In this document: in pieces, positions 10,134-19,703 of the stretch
How the letters are laid out: each line of letters begins with the position of its first letter
Position numbering within the stretch: position 1 is the first letter of the stretch
Virus record (IMG/VR): IMGVR_UViG_3300050821_013430
Span: 186,001-250,000 of that record
Reading direction: 5' to 3' (one strand)
Length of the DNA stretch: 64,000 bases
Position numbers and translations under genes: made by a program
Notes under the pieces: generated by a model
Told to the model about the DNA's origin: nothing
Database searches by the model: none
What the model saw: the letters and a program-made list of their open reading frames with translations, nothing else

Positions 10134-11542
10134 AGAATGGATGGCCCAACAAATAGGTAGGGGCCGGTCGTGCGGTCTTCTTCTGAATGATTTCTAACAT
10201 TGGAATTATGATGGTGATAGGCCCTAATAGACTTACTGGGATTGATTACCGTATAGTTCGCGTTGCTAAACTCTTGGGCAAGCCTTTCATCGCACCCCGG
10301 CATTCCAAGCCTAAAATCCGCACTCACACCCTCTATCTTGCCGCGGAATATCCAAGCATCTTGATTTTTTTCATCGAGAACGGGAGGTTTAGTTGGCTCA
10401 CAATTCCAACGACTGAGAGCATAAATTGTGTTAGGGGGCATTCTATCAATCAATGCTATGGTACCATCGAAATAAATATCCGAGTTGCAAATAATTGCAA
10501 TATCATTATCCCCACTAATCTGATTGACTTTCTGAAAGAGAAAATCAAAAGTTGGGTTATCATCGGAACTTACAATGATGATATCGAAAAGAGAGTTCTC
10601 AATGTTCTTCTGCAAGCAGAAATCTATCTCGGCTTTTCGTTGAGGGTCTTTGTCTTCATAGTAATTATAGAACAAGCGCACTTTGCTGGTCAATTTGGGG
10701 ACGGGCAGTTGAAATGGTGATGACGACGGAGCCGGAGGTGGGCGGGGCGGAGTAGGCTTACGATGATAAGTAGTAGCCGGGCGAAGCGGAGTTCTTGCTT
10801 GCGGTTTCAGCACTTCTGCTATTTTTCTATTGTCGGGGGCTGCATCGATAGAAGCGATTGGGGCGATGATCTGAGATGAGGGATTGGATTGAATAACGAG
10901 CTTAGCGTCTGTGGAAGCGGTGGCAAACCAAATGCGACGATTATGCGGCAATGCTTCGAGAGTATTTTTGAGGGGCCAGTTATATTGGAAAGGATCGGTG
11001 TTAAGTTTTGCTTCGTCTTTTCTATTGAAAGAAGCCCCTGCACCCTTGATAATTTGTTCTATTTTTTCAGCAGTGCCAATTGAGCCAAAACCGTTATAGG
11101 AAAAGGTTTGTTCGAGCCTATTCTCTTGATAAACTAACTCTTTGCTGACATCGCCGCTATTGATGACCGAAGTTTCTAAAACGAATTGTTTGGCGCAAGA
11201 CAAAATATTCTTGATATGTTGCTCGTAATTTTTCAAATGACAGGCGGTATCAATAGAAAGGACAAGATCAAAAGTTTGATTTTGGAAAGGCCAGTTATGA
11301 TCGAGGTCTGACCTGATGGTCTTTATTCCTGGAAATTTCTGAGAAACGAGTTTTAGATGTTGATCTCTGGCATCAACTACGGTAATTTCTCCGCCAAGAC
11401 GAAAAAGTGCTCCCGCCAATTCGCCCGTACCACAGCCAAGATCGAGGATTTTCTTGCCCCAAAAAAACGGGTGGCCATAATGATCAACTATCGCTTTTAC
11501 GATGCGATGCGACCATTCGTGATAACGAGGGCCAAGATGCAT
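10130..11542 (-). CDS. Fusion: SAM methyltransferase + Pro-rich linker + GT-A-like domain
   Basis: KILDLGCGTG; PTPPRPPPAP linker; IICNSDIYFD (DxD-like)...ALSRW...QDAWIF. Confidence 0.6.
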   Translation of the reverse strand: MHLGPRYHEWSHRIVKAIVDHYGHPFFWGKKILDLGCGTGELAGALFRLGGEITVVDARDQHLKLVSQKFPGIKTIRSDLDHNWPFQNQTFDLVLSIDTACHLKNYEQHIKNILSCAKQFVLETSVINSGDVSKELVYQENRLEQTFSYNGFGSIGTAEKIEQIIKGAGASFNRKDEAKLNTDPFQYNWPLKNTLEALPHNRRIWFATASTDAKLVIQSNPSSQIIAPIASIDAAPDNRKIAEVLKPQARTPLRPATTYHRKPTPPRPPPAPSSSPFQLPVPKLTSKVRLFYNYYEDKDPQRKAEIDFCLQKNIENSLFDIIIVSSDDNPTFDFLFQKVNQISGDNDIAIICNSDIYFDGTIALIDRMPPNTIYALSRWNCEPTKPPVLDEKNQDAWIFRGKIEGVSADFRLGMPGCDERLAQEFSNANYTVINPSKSIRAYHHHNSNVRNHSEEDRTTGPYLFVGPSIL

Positions 11543-11543
11543 C

Positions 11544-11711
11544 TTAGCCCGTCTCCGATCGCTTGGCTCTAATGAATACTTCTGGTTCTTTGGAATGCTC
11601 GGTTAGAGAAGAAGTAAAACCACAACCTTTGCATTTGACCTGCTTCTGGGCACCTAACTCAGAGATGATATCGAGTTCATCTTCGCAGAGGAGACATTTC
11701 AATAGCCTCAT
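11544..11711 (-). CDS. Small zinc-ribbon protein (55 aa, not in ORF track)
   Basis: Manual translation MRLLKCLLCEDEL...VKCKGCGF; GGAG SD upstream; stop 1 nt before next start. Confidence 0.55.
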   Translation of the reverse strand: MRLLKCLLCEDELDIISELGAQKQVKCKGCGFTSSLTEHSKEPEVFIRAKRSETG

Positions 11712-11818
11712 ACTGCTCCTAATCCGGCCCAGGACGAATGATTAGAAGTAGGATGGGGGTAGAGGGCTAAGGGCGTCTCGGCGTCATATAAGTCAAACTG
11801 GTTCATCTTTCTTTGCTT

Positions 11819-12706
11819 TCAATATCCTCGGTGTTTTCTACTGGCCTTTTCGGAAGCATTCTTGCCCTTGGTAGTCAATTGTAATCCTACCCCGCTGCGT
11901 TTGATATACTCTGCGGCAATTAGTTGCTCAATAGCATCCGCTACACCAGGCCCAAGTTCCGCCAAATACTGCTTTCGATAGCCCGCTTTCAATCGAAAGA
12001 TGGCCAAGATTTTCTCTTGCAGTTCCGGCAGTTCTTCCTCTTGAGTCAATGTAGCCGGAGCCATCGAGGGTGGCAAGACCACCGTGGCAAAAATATGTTG
12101 CCCCGCTTTGCCTAAGATGATGGCAGTATCATCAGGAATAGCATACACATTCTCATCCCAATCTACCGTTGATTTCTCAAACATATTCTTTCCGCCAAAA
12201 TTACCATATTGAGAAGAGACTTGCCCAGTTTTCAAATCTACTTTGGCGAAAAACAAACGACTGCCATCTCCGCTAGCATACCCACTCAATTTGGTATTGG
12301 GACTGATTTTTACTTCGACATCTCTTTTATTATAGCCGAAATGACGCAGGGCTTTTTGGATGGCCGGATGCAAATCTTTTATGTCCATCTGCACACCGCG
12401 TTGATAGGAATACGGCTCTTCGCTCTTGGTCAATTCGCTGAAACTTTCGGTTGGCTCTGCCTCTATTTGGGGCTGATCCTGCACCATAGCATCCAAAATT
12501 TCCTTGGCCGCATTGATCTCTACCGTCTTAGCGTGGGCTTCCGGGGAAGGATTGACATCGGGATGAAATTCCAAAACCCTTTCTCGATAGGCTTTATTGA
12601 GTTGTTCCTGAGTAAATGGTGATTGTAAGCCCAAAATATCGAGGGCTTGTTGATGAGTGAGGGTGGCTAATTTGAGGAAATAATAGGCTTTTCGGTGCAA
12701 ATCCAT
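11819..12706 (-). CDS. J-domain (DnaJ-type) protein with unknown C-terminal region
   Basis: ALDILGL...LNKAYRERVLEFHPDVNP...EINAAKEIL with HPD motif. Confidence 0.85.
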   Translation of the reverse strand: MDLHRKAYYFLKLATLTHQQALDILGLQSPFTQEQLNKAYRERVLEFHPDVNPSPEAHAKTVEINAAKEILDAMVQDQPQIEAEPTESFSELTKSEEPYSYQRGVQMDIKDLHPAIQKALRHFGYNKRDVEVKISPNTKLSGYASGDGSRLFFAKVDLKTGQVSSQYGNFGGKNMFEKSTVDWDENVYAIPDDTAIILGKAGQHIFATVVLPPSMAPATLTQEEELPELQEKILAIFRLKAGYRKQYLAELGPGVADAIEQLIAAEYIKRSGVGLQLTTKGKNASEKASRKHRGY

Positions 12707-12723
12707 ATGAGAATGCTAAAAAA

Positions 12724-13320
12724 TTACTTAGTGTCCGGGTCGTTCAGAATATCTTTGATATCTTGCTTATTGAGCGTGCCCCAACCACCCTCACTAAGGA
12801 AGTGTATTACTTGTCGCTCATTTCTGGCCCTGCCGCATCGATTGCATCGCTCACAAGTCCATATCTCATCTTCTTTGGCATAAGTATCGCGAAACTCTGA
12901 ATTGAGACCTAACCAATGGGAGAGTTTATGTAAAACACTAATTTTGGGGACTGGCCTAAATGCCCCTCGGTAATAAGCGGCAAAAGGAGAACAGGCAATA
13001 AGTTCTGATTTTGTCATCCATTTCACGGGACAATTTTCTTCGGTCATCTTAGGTTCGCCCGTTGCTTCGACACGAAAAAGATAGACCCAATTTCCGCGTC
13101 CTTCATCTACAATTGCTCCGGTAGGGCCATTATACATCGGAGTGATTTTGGTCGCAATCATTCCTGTTTCTTCTTTGAGTTCTCGGGCACAAGCGGCTTC
13201 GAGGGTTTCGCCTTCTTCGCATTTTCCGCCAGGGAGCGAGAAGCCATTTCCGCGTCTATTCCAAACGCATAAAATCTTTCCCTCATTGTTTTCGATATAG
13301 GCCACGACTGCTTTATTCAT
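12724..13320 (-). CDS. NUDIX hydrolase with C-terminal Cys cluster
   Basis: Nudix box GGKCEEGETLEAACARELKEETG. Confidence 0.9.
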   Translation of the reverse strand: MNKAVVAYIENNEGKILCVWNRRGNGFSLPGGKCEEGETLEAACARELKEETGMIATKITPMYNGPTGAIVDEGRGNWVYLFRVEATGEPKMTEENCPVKWMTKSELIACSPFAAYYRGAFRPVPKISVLHKLSHWLGLNSEFRDTYAKEDEIWTCERCNRCGRARNERQVIHFLSEGGWGTLNKQDIKDILNDPDTK

Positions 13321-13346
13321 CTTACTTTCTTTCCAATATGTAATTG

Positions 13347-13583
13347 CTACTTTTCGGTTTTCTTTTCATCAGTAGTGTCATCAAACACTACTACGGACGC
13401 CCCATTATGAGAATGAACAAAAAGTAAGTCTTCGAGTGAATGATAGATGTTTATCGATGAGTGGCTGCCCTCCCAATGTAGGGCACACTGACCATCCGAA
13501 AACATCACTCCTAATGCAACAATCCCACAACCACTAACACCACTTACATCTACCTTACGCTCTAATTTGAACGTTTTTAGCAT
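13347..13583 (-). CDS. Conserved phage hypothetical protein
   Basis: FxLxRxxDVSGVSGxGxVAxGVxFxDG pattern; GGAG SD. Confidence 0.55.
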   Translation of the reverse strand: MLKTFKLERKVDVSGVSGCGIVALGVMFSDGQCALHWEGSHSSINIYHSLEDLLFVHSHNGASVVVFDDTTDEKKTEK

Positions 13584-13620
13584 ATGTTTTCTCCGCTAAT
13601 ATACATATCGGACTATCACC

Positions 13621-13648
13621 AATCTAATTACTGACAATTTGATGTCAA
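13621..13648 (-). promoter_or_regulatory. Sigma70-type promoter TTGACA-16-TAGATT
   Basis: Intergenic, oriented toward downstream minus-strand gene; same layout as 27641 and 58609. Confidence 0.5.
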
Positions 13649-13677
13649 GGGGATAATCATTGGGATTTGTTGGTCAA

Positions 13678-14547
13678 TTAGACATTGAAAATCGTTGGCC
13701 CCGGCTCTATCATATTCTTAGGAGTTTGCATCGGCGTGCCTCCGGGCATTGGTTTTGGTGCCGGAGCAGGCACTTGCTCTGGTTTGGCGGGCATCATCTT
13801 CATCAATTGATCATGCAGATAGTTCAATATTCCTTCTACTTTCTTATGGTATTCAGGATTGAGAACACCTTTATAGACATTGAGTCCTTGCAAAACAAGT
13901 TCAACATTTTTGAGAGGATCGGTAGCATTTCCCATTTTGAGGTCTTCTAGGGTATAAAGCAGCGTATCGTGTTCTCTATTCAACCAGGTAGCAACCTGAT
14001 GATTTTTAGCATCTTCACTAAATGCGAAGTAGCGGCTCACTAATGGCTTGTTCTTTTCTTGCAGGGCCTTGGAAGGATTAGCGAGTAGTGCTAAAAGATA
14101 TTGAACGGTCTTTTCCATTTCGGGAGCGACGGGATGAATTTCTTGGGCCTTGGCAATCAAACGATCTGCCAATTCCATTACGGCGGATTTCTTCTTTTTA
14201 TCCTTGCCGATGGCGGGATATTTGGAATGCACTTTGCGACTAACTAAGTCTTGTAATCCTTTGAGACTGCCTTTATACCAGGATGGGGCTTTACTATACT
14301 GATGTGCCCGGGCTAATGCGTTGCGGGCCTGATCAATATCGTTGATAGGGAAATGGTCTTTATGATCCTTAGCACTCGAAGCGGGGACACAAACGGTGCC
14401 CCTATTTCTTACCTTGGCCTTGGGGTCGAGTTTCTTCTTTTTCTTCTTCTCGGCCGTTTTAGCCAGCAACTCATTTGCAAATTCCGCGTAGTTCTCACAA
14501 TATTTGCTGAGTTTGTTCAGATTGGCTATCGTTTTCAGATCATTCAT
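13678..14547 (-). CDS. Hypothetical protein with DUF6582-like motif, possibly virion-associated
   Basis: HFPINDIDQARNALAR motif; poly-Lys stretch; Pro-rich tail. Confidence 0.4.
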   Translation of the reverse strand: MNDLKTIANLNKLSKYCENYAEFANELLAKTAEKKKKKKLDPKAKVRNRGTVCVPASSAKDHKDHFPINDIDQARNALARAHQYSKAPSWYKGSLKGLQDLVSRKVHSKYPAIGKDKKKKSAVMELADRLIAKAQEIHPVAPEMEKTVQYLLALLANPSKALQEKNKPLVSRYFAFSEDAKNHQVATWLNREHDTLLYTLEDLKMGNATDPLKNVELVLQGLNVYKGVLNPEYHKKVEGILNYLHDQLMKMMPAKPEQVPAPAPKPMPGGTPMQTPKNMIEPGPTIFNV

Positions 14548-14589
14548 CGCTATACTCCCTAATAGGAAATATGCAGATTTATTGGCAGT

Positions 14590-15324
14590 TTAGAACAAAA
14601 CGCTCATTTTTGCCAATTTTGAGCGGGGCACCGCTTTGGCGAATTTTTCAATGCCCACCATATTTTGAGTTTCCAAGATGGCTTCTTCTAACTTCTCAAT
14701 GTTAGCGCCTATAATATCTCTCGCAAACAAACGCAAATAGGTTGGGCTGCCGCTGGATATGATTAGTTTCTCTATTTTAGCCATCTCTTTTCGACTTGTC
14801 AATAGATATTTGGCTAACTCGTATAAAAATCTTGGTCGCTTGGACTTGATGATCATTTCCTTGAATTTCTCCACTTTGGATGACCCAAGATGTTTGATGA
14901 TCATATAAGCAAACTTAGCTCGACCTGATTTGAGAATTAGGTTTTCTATCTTGCCTTTCTTAGCACCTTTGACAAGGCAAGCGAAATAAGTCATTACTTT
15001 CAGATCGCCAGAAGTTTGGACTACTTGTTGTAGTCGATGAATATCGGCCCCTGGTATATATTGGGCGAACAATAGGGAATATTTTGTGTTCCTTTGATCT
15101 AAGATCAATTGCTGCATTCGATACATCTTGAAGCGAGCAACATAAGCAAAAAAGAAGGCCGAAGAAACATCTTTATCCTCGATGATCTCATCTTGCACTT
15201 GATTGAGAAACCCATCGTCTTCTGGCTGATATGGATCATATTCATCAATACCGGGATACTTATCTAAGTAGGTATTGAAATCATCATAGTAATCTTTGGA
15301 TGTAAATACGGCAGGTATGATCAT
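14590..15324 (-). CDS. Alpha-helical repeat protein
   Basis: About 25-aa repeats (LILKSGRAKFAY / MIIKSKRPRFLY / LIISSGSPTYLR). Confidence 0.5.
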   Translation of the reverse strand: MIIPAVFTSKDYYDDFNTYLDKYPGIDEYDPYQPEDDGFLNQVQDEIIEDKDVSSAFFFAYVARFKMYRMQQLILDQRNTKYSLLFAQYIPGADIHRLQQVVQTSGDLKVMTYFACLVKGAKKGKIENLILKSGRAKFAYMIIKHLGSSKVEKFKEMIIKSKRPRFLYELAKYLLTSRKEMAKIEKLIISSGSPTYLRLFARDIIGANIEKLEEAILETQNMVGIEKFAKAVPRSKLAKMSVLF

Positions 15325-15340
15325 ACCATATTTATATCGC

Positions 15341-16606
15341 TTAGGCTTTGATTTCGCTCAATATTTTATCCAAGAACGAATTGCTCCAAGTCCCTTCTCT
15401 TTTTGCCTTGACAATAAAATCCTTCACACCCTCACATTTCTTGTCGTATGTCGAATAGAAGGGTGCGGGGAAAGAGACATTTCTACGCTGAATTTCGAGG
15501 GCAAAATCCTTCTTATTTTTTGACCCCTCCGCACTTATCAGGCTCCAAATCTCCCTATATTCCGCTTCCATTTTTTTGAGCCAAGCCACATATCGTTTTT
15601 TGAGGTCTTGAACGGTCTCGGCGATTTCAGGAGGCATTGCTCCCACAACATCGTCATCCTTTTCGTGAAGGATCAATTCCAAACAATTGCGAGTAGAGGC
15701 GCCCAAACTATCTCGCATCTTATTCAATACGACATAATTTGCGTTCTTGACCTTTATTCGATTGAATTTACCATCCAAAACAACAACGCCTTCTCCGCCT
15801 TGTTCCAAGGGATTTTGGGCATTGACAAATTCGATCACCTTATCGATATTGGATAGGGAATAGGTTTTGACAGTAGGGATATTGACTACTTCCATCTCGG
15901 ATTGAATGTAATGATTGTCAATTGACACTTCTTGTAGGGTGTTGAGGTTTCTTGCGGCTAAGAATACTACTCGACAATCATTATTGCGGATTACGATTTG
16001 ATTGAAGGGGCTGGTGAGTTCAAATACCCAAGTGTAATTTTTATCTAAATAGGAAGTAATCTCCTCGAAGGTATTGCCGGAAGTATCCTTGACCGCCTTC
16101 TCGAAAAGAGTGCGGAAGGTCATTTCCTTCCAACTATCGAGGGGAATATCGGCCTCGGGCACGCTCCGCGTTGAAACTACCCAGCGGTAATTCTCAAACG
16201 GATTTGCCCAGAGAAGAATAAGAGTACCATCTTCCTTATTTTGGACTTTGAGATTGGGATCGCTCCAATCAATTTGGGCAGCCGCACCTTGTCCAAAATT
16301 GTAGAAGCGTCGAAATCCCATTGCGAGCACTACGGTTTCGCCTGGGCAAATGTCATCGTAGCATAAACGATCATTGACCATCTTGGCTTGGGAGGTAAGA
16401 GAGCGGCCATCCTTGGTCGCTAAGATTAGCCCACGGCATTCCTGCACGATAAGATCATCATCTTTGGCCTCGATCTGGTCATAATTCATAGACCAAAAAT
16501 AACCCGCTTTGGCGAAAGAAACATAAATTCCGTGTTCTCGCGCCAGATCGCCGAATGACCTTGTTTCTAAGTATTGCTGAACAAGAAGTTTGTTATTTTG
16601 TTCCAT
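15341..16606 (-). CDS. T4 Rnl1-like RNA ligase
   Basis: ECRGLIL, GFRRFYN, KEDGT (motif I KxDG), FELTSP, EGVVV, RIKVKN. Confidence 0.85.
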   Translation of the reverse strand: MEQNNKLLVQQYLETRSFGDLAREHGIYVSFAKAGYFWSMNYDQIEAKDDDLIVQECRGLILATKDGRSLTSQAKMVNDRLCYDDICPGETVVLAMGFRRFYNFGQGAAAQIDWSDPNLKVQNKEDGTLILLWANPFENYRWVVSTRSVPEADIPLDSWKEMTFRTLFEKAVKDTSGNTFEEITSYLDKNYTWVFELTSPFNQIVIRNNDCRVVFLAARNLNTLQEVSIDNHYIQSEMEVVNIPTVKTYSLSNIDKVIEFVNAQNPLEQGGEGVVVLDGKFNRIKVKNANYVVLNKMRDSLGASTRNCLELILHEKDDDVVGAMPPEIAETVQDLKKRYVAWLKKMEAEYREIWSLISAEGSKNKKDFALEIQRRNVSFPAPFYSTYDKKCEGVKDFIVKAKREGTWSNSFLDKILSEIKA

Positions 16607-16854
16607 AGAGAAGGTTTCCGAGAAGGAATGATGTTTTTACTAACTTGCAATGGGGCGTAAGGAAACCAAAATTGCAAAGGCCGCAAGGTTTCTCGAATGG
16701 TAATTTGCCGAATAACTCCCACAAGCCTTCTTTTGGCTTCGGTAGTCTTAGCGGCCAAAACACAATCAGTTAGTCGCATAGAAATATAGGTCAATGTAGA
16801 GGTGTCCAATTTTCGGACGCTATCATACATCTTATCGAAACGAGCATATATCAT
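16567..16854 (-). CDS. Hypothetical protein
   Basis: ORF in coupled gene run. Confidence 0.4.
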   Translation of the reverse strand: MIYARFDKMYDSVRKLDTSTLTYISMRLTDCVLAAKTTEAKRRLVGVIRQITIRETLRPLQFWFPYAPLQVSKNIIPSRKPSLWNKITNFLFSNT

Positions 16855-17099
16855 TGGTTAGTTTCATCTCCGTGAAACGTAGTTTCCGATAGACGATTAC
16901 GAATTTCCTTGCGAAAACTTGCAATTTTGTCCCCGAGGGATTTTGCCATAACGGAGCCCAAGAGGATTGCTTCCTGCTCACTTGCCTTCTCGAAATTGGA
17001 TAGAAGATGATCCATTTCTATCTCGAATTTGCGGAAGAGTTCCTTGCCATCGTCGGTGAGATATCCGTTTCCGTTGATGTATTTTCTAAAAGTTTTCAT
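16851..17099 (-). CDS. Hypothetical protein (start trimmed to MKTFRK)
   Basis: ORF track, start adjusted to avoid long overlap. Confidence 0.5.
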   Translation of the reverse strand: MKTFRKYINGNGYLTDDGKELFRKFEIEMDHLLSNFEKASEQEAILLGSVMAKSLGDKIASFRKEIRNRLSETTFHGDETNQ

Positions 17100-17355
17100 A
17101 ATTTTGTTTTGCCTTGAATTTAGTGGTTGCGATTGCGAGGAGAAAAACGGCGGTGGGAACGACCATTGCCCACGACATCGAGAAGGCCTGATCTCCGATG
17201 GGGATGGTGAAACACGGTTGAGAGGATGACGGAATCCAAACATTCATACAAAGATAAATCCCAATGTATCCAAAGACGAAAATAATGCCCTTGAATAACC
17301 ATCCGCGGAAAAACAAGAGGTATAAAAGAACGCCTAAAACTGCTATAAAAATCAT
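17086..17355 (-). CDS. Small membrane protein
   Basis: Three hydrophobic segments. Confidence 0.55.
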   Translation of the reverse strand: MIFIAVLGVLLYLLFFRGWLFKGIIFVFGYIGIYLCMNVWIPSSSQPCFTIPIGDQAFSMSWAMVVPTAVFLLAIATTKFKAKQNYENF

Positions 17356-17358
17356 AAT

Positions 17359-17760
17359 TTATCCAAAAATTTGTAATGTCTGAAAGAAGTCTATCACATC
17401 TTCCCGATTGTAAATGTCGATCTCAAATGAGTGGGCATCGGAAGCAAATTCTCTTTGCCATCCCTTTTCCGTCCAATATGACATTTCAATAGGATCAGAA
17501 GAGGTTCGTCGCACTTGAATATAGGAGAGTTTGTATTTGCTATCGATGAATAATTCTTGTTCGACAACATTGAATTTACCATCAATGCCATATCTGAAAT
17601 GCAGCGGCCCTTTGCAGCCATCAAAATACCATTTATTTGCTTCGGTATATTTTCTAATGGGCTCTCTGCAAACGGGGCATCCTTCGCGGGTGAGAATGTC
17701 CCAAGGAACGGGGAAGACTGGAATATATGGGATACTCACTGAGACATTAATGGGAAGCAT
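17359..17760 (-). CDS. Hypothetical protein (CxxC; ends FFQTLQIFG)
   Basis: TAATG overlap with upstream gene. Confidence 0.5.
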   Translation of the reverse strand: MLPINVSVSIPYIPVFPVPWDILTREGCPVCREPIRKYTEANKWYFDGCKGPLHFRYGIDGKFNVVEQELFIDSKYKLSYIQVRRTSSDPIEMSYWTEKGWQREFASDAHSFEIDIYNREDVIDFFQTLQIFG

Positions 17761-18068
17761 TATTCTAGGGAACACGCAGCGTCGAAATGATCTTTGCCGC
17801 ATTGAGCACACTTCTCATCCATCAATGATGACCAATCGAGGGATATTGAATTGCTATATGTAGAAGTTCCAAATCCTTCGTCATCGAAATATTTTTTGAT
17901 ACGATCACGATATTTTGGTGGCAAAGAGGCGTCAATAGCATAGGAGACATAGCCTCTTCCTTTGGTGGTGGCATCGAGAATGGTGCCTCTAATTTTGTCA
18001 ATTTCGTTTTTCATTTTGATAAGAAGACTGCGTTTGCTGTTGTTGGCCATTTCTTGGGCAAGTTTCAT
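17760..18068 (-). CDS. Hypothetical, 'DWS' paralog family, C-terminal CAQCGKDH tag
   Basis: Similarity to 24068, 24382 and 24762 ORFs. Confidence 0.6.
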   Translation of the reverse strand: MKLAQEMANNSKRSLLIKMKNEIDKIRGTILDATTKGRGYVSYAIDASLPPKYRDRIKKYFDDEGFGTSTYSNSISLDWSSLMDEKCAQCGKDHFDAACSLE

Positions 18069-18256
18069 TTTGATTTCTTCTTTGCTTTCTTATCTAACTT
18101 TTTGAGGTATGTTTCAACGGTATCAATTAGTTCTTCCAAATTTTCGGCAGCATAATCTGGTTCCTCGGCAGTTTCGGGATCAAAGCCTTTGGCCAAATCG
18201 TAATCGGTTTGATTGAGAATTAGGAGAATAAGGCTTTTGATTTGAGTCCTATTCAT
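18065..18256 (-). CDS. Hypothetical protein
   Basis: Coupled ORF. Confidence 0.5.
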   Translation of the reverse strand: MNRTQIKSLILLILNQTDYDLAKGFDPETAEEPDYAAENLEELIDTVETYLKKLDKKAKKKSK

Positions 18257-18473
18257 TTGGTTCCTTGTAATTTAGGATTTCAAGATAGGTTTCGTAGGGC
18301 ATCCACATTGTTGGCGTCCCGTCTTTACGACGGAAGACGACGAGACTATCGGGGTCATCGTCATCGGCAAACTCGCAATAATCGCCTTTTTCGTGTTTGA
18401 GGGGAGGAGAGAGTTTATCGAGAAGTCGGAGGGCTTCGAGTATTTCTTTGTTGTCGGAGGATTTGGTGGTCAT
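18249..18473 (-). CDS. Hypothetical protein
   Basis: Coupled ORF. Confidence 0.5.
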   Translation of the reverse strand: MTTKSSDNKEILEALRLLDKLSPPLKHEKGDYCEFADDDDPDSLVVFRRKDGTPTMWMPYETYLEILNYKEPNE

Positions 18474-18847
18474 TGAATATCAAATACCATTTTGATATCA
18501 CTGATAGGGTATAATTTATCCTTAAAATTATCTATATTGCTATAATCAACATCATCAGCATTAGAGATATTCATTCTACTTTGCATTTTATTATATTTTA
18601 CTTTATAGTATCTGCATTGCTTCTCGATAGAAGAAACTATTTCCAATTCGATGGTCGAATCATTCCTATTTTCAAATTCTCGTAAAAATCGCAAACAAGT
18701 AAGAGGAATATAACTCAATCCACTATATTTATTATTAGAAGCCCCGCCAGAAATGATTATTTGAGTAAAATTTTTTTCTATAAGAAAAGTATCATTTGTC
18801 AAGGAACGTCCGTCTAATATAATTTTCGCATCAAGTATTGTTGTCAT
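18470..18847 (-). CDS. Hypothetical protein (AT-rich)
   Basis: Coupled ORF. Confidence 0.45.
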   Translation of the reverse strand: MTTILDAKIILDGRSLTNDTFLIEKNFTQIIISGGASNNKYSGLSYIPLTCLRFLREFENRNDSTIELEIVSSIEKQCRYYKVKYNKMQSRMNISNADDVDYSNIDNFKDKLYPISDIKMVFDIQ

Positions 18848-18851
18848 TTTG

Positions 18852-19388
18852 TTATCCTATAATACCTTCGGCAGCCATTCTATAACCGTGAAGTGCAAAA
18901 AGTGCGCTATAACTTGCATAAATAAGCAGAAAAATTTTTCTAATCAATGATAGATCAAATCTATAAATTGTTCTTAATGCATATTTCCAAGCATTACATT
19001 CTTCTCTGAATATAATATTTATTGGGGATTGATCTAAATCATAATTTACACCCATTTCTGAAATGAAAATATTTTCTTCCCTATTATAATTTCCTGCCAA
19101 TAGAGAAAGATGGTGCCCATACTCATGAAATAATGTTGTTGTTTCGTGCAACAAAGAATAATCAGGAATTGTTAGCAATGATCGATGTATAACAATTTTA
19201 TTTGGATAATATTGTCCAATATTGTCCTTTTTTATATTTATTCTATCTTTTACGGTTTCATTGCTAAAAATGATTAGTGAAAATACACCATTTTTCATCC
19301 ACCTATCATAGTCATATCGTGAATCACACAATTTACGATCAATATAATGAAAAATATTATTATAAATTTGAGAATTAATTATTTGCAT
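18852..19388 (-). CDS. Putative HExxH zinc metallopeptidase (ImmA/IrrE-like)
   Basis: LFHEYGHHL and downstream EECNAW. Confidence 0.55.
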   Translation of the reverse strand: MQIINSQIYNNIFHYIDRKLCDSRYDYDRWMKNGVFSLIIFSNETVKDRINIKKDNIGQYYPNKIVIHRSLLTIPDYSLLHETTTLFHEYGHHLSLLAGNYNREENIFISEMGVNYDLDQSPINIIFREECNAWKYALRTIYRFDLSLIRKIFLLIYASYSALFALHGYRMAAEGIIG

Positions 19389-19684
19389 TAGTATAATTGA
19401 GGTTTATTCCCTTTGGCACAATCTTCGCACACACCCAATTCATTTTGATCGTAATAGTGGTGTTCGCTATCTCCAAATTCAAAATTACCGAAACAACAAT
19501 TACAAACTCGGTATTCGGAAACAAAAGCATTATTATCTACTGTTTTGACATCGGTAGGTGGTTCCCACCCAGTTTTTAATGCATCAACAAATCGCTGTCT
19601 CATTTGTTGAAAACAGGCAATGTTTGCGTCGCAAATCTCAATTTGATGATTTAAGTTTTGTCGTTTGATTTCATTAGCATCCAT
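19388..19684 (-). CDS. Hypothetical protein with Cys pairs
   Basis: GGAG SD; CNCC...CEDC. Confidence 0.5.
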   Translation of the reverse strand: MDANEIKRQNLNHQIEICDANIACFQQMRQRFVDALKTGWEPPTDVKTVDNNAFVSEYRVCNCCFGNFEFGDSEHHYYDQNELGVCEDCAKGNKPQLY

Positions 19685-19703
19685 TGGTTATTTCTCCATG
19701 TTT

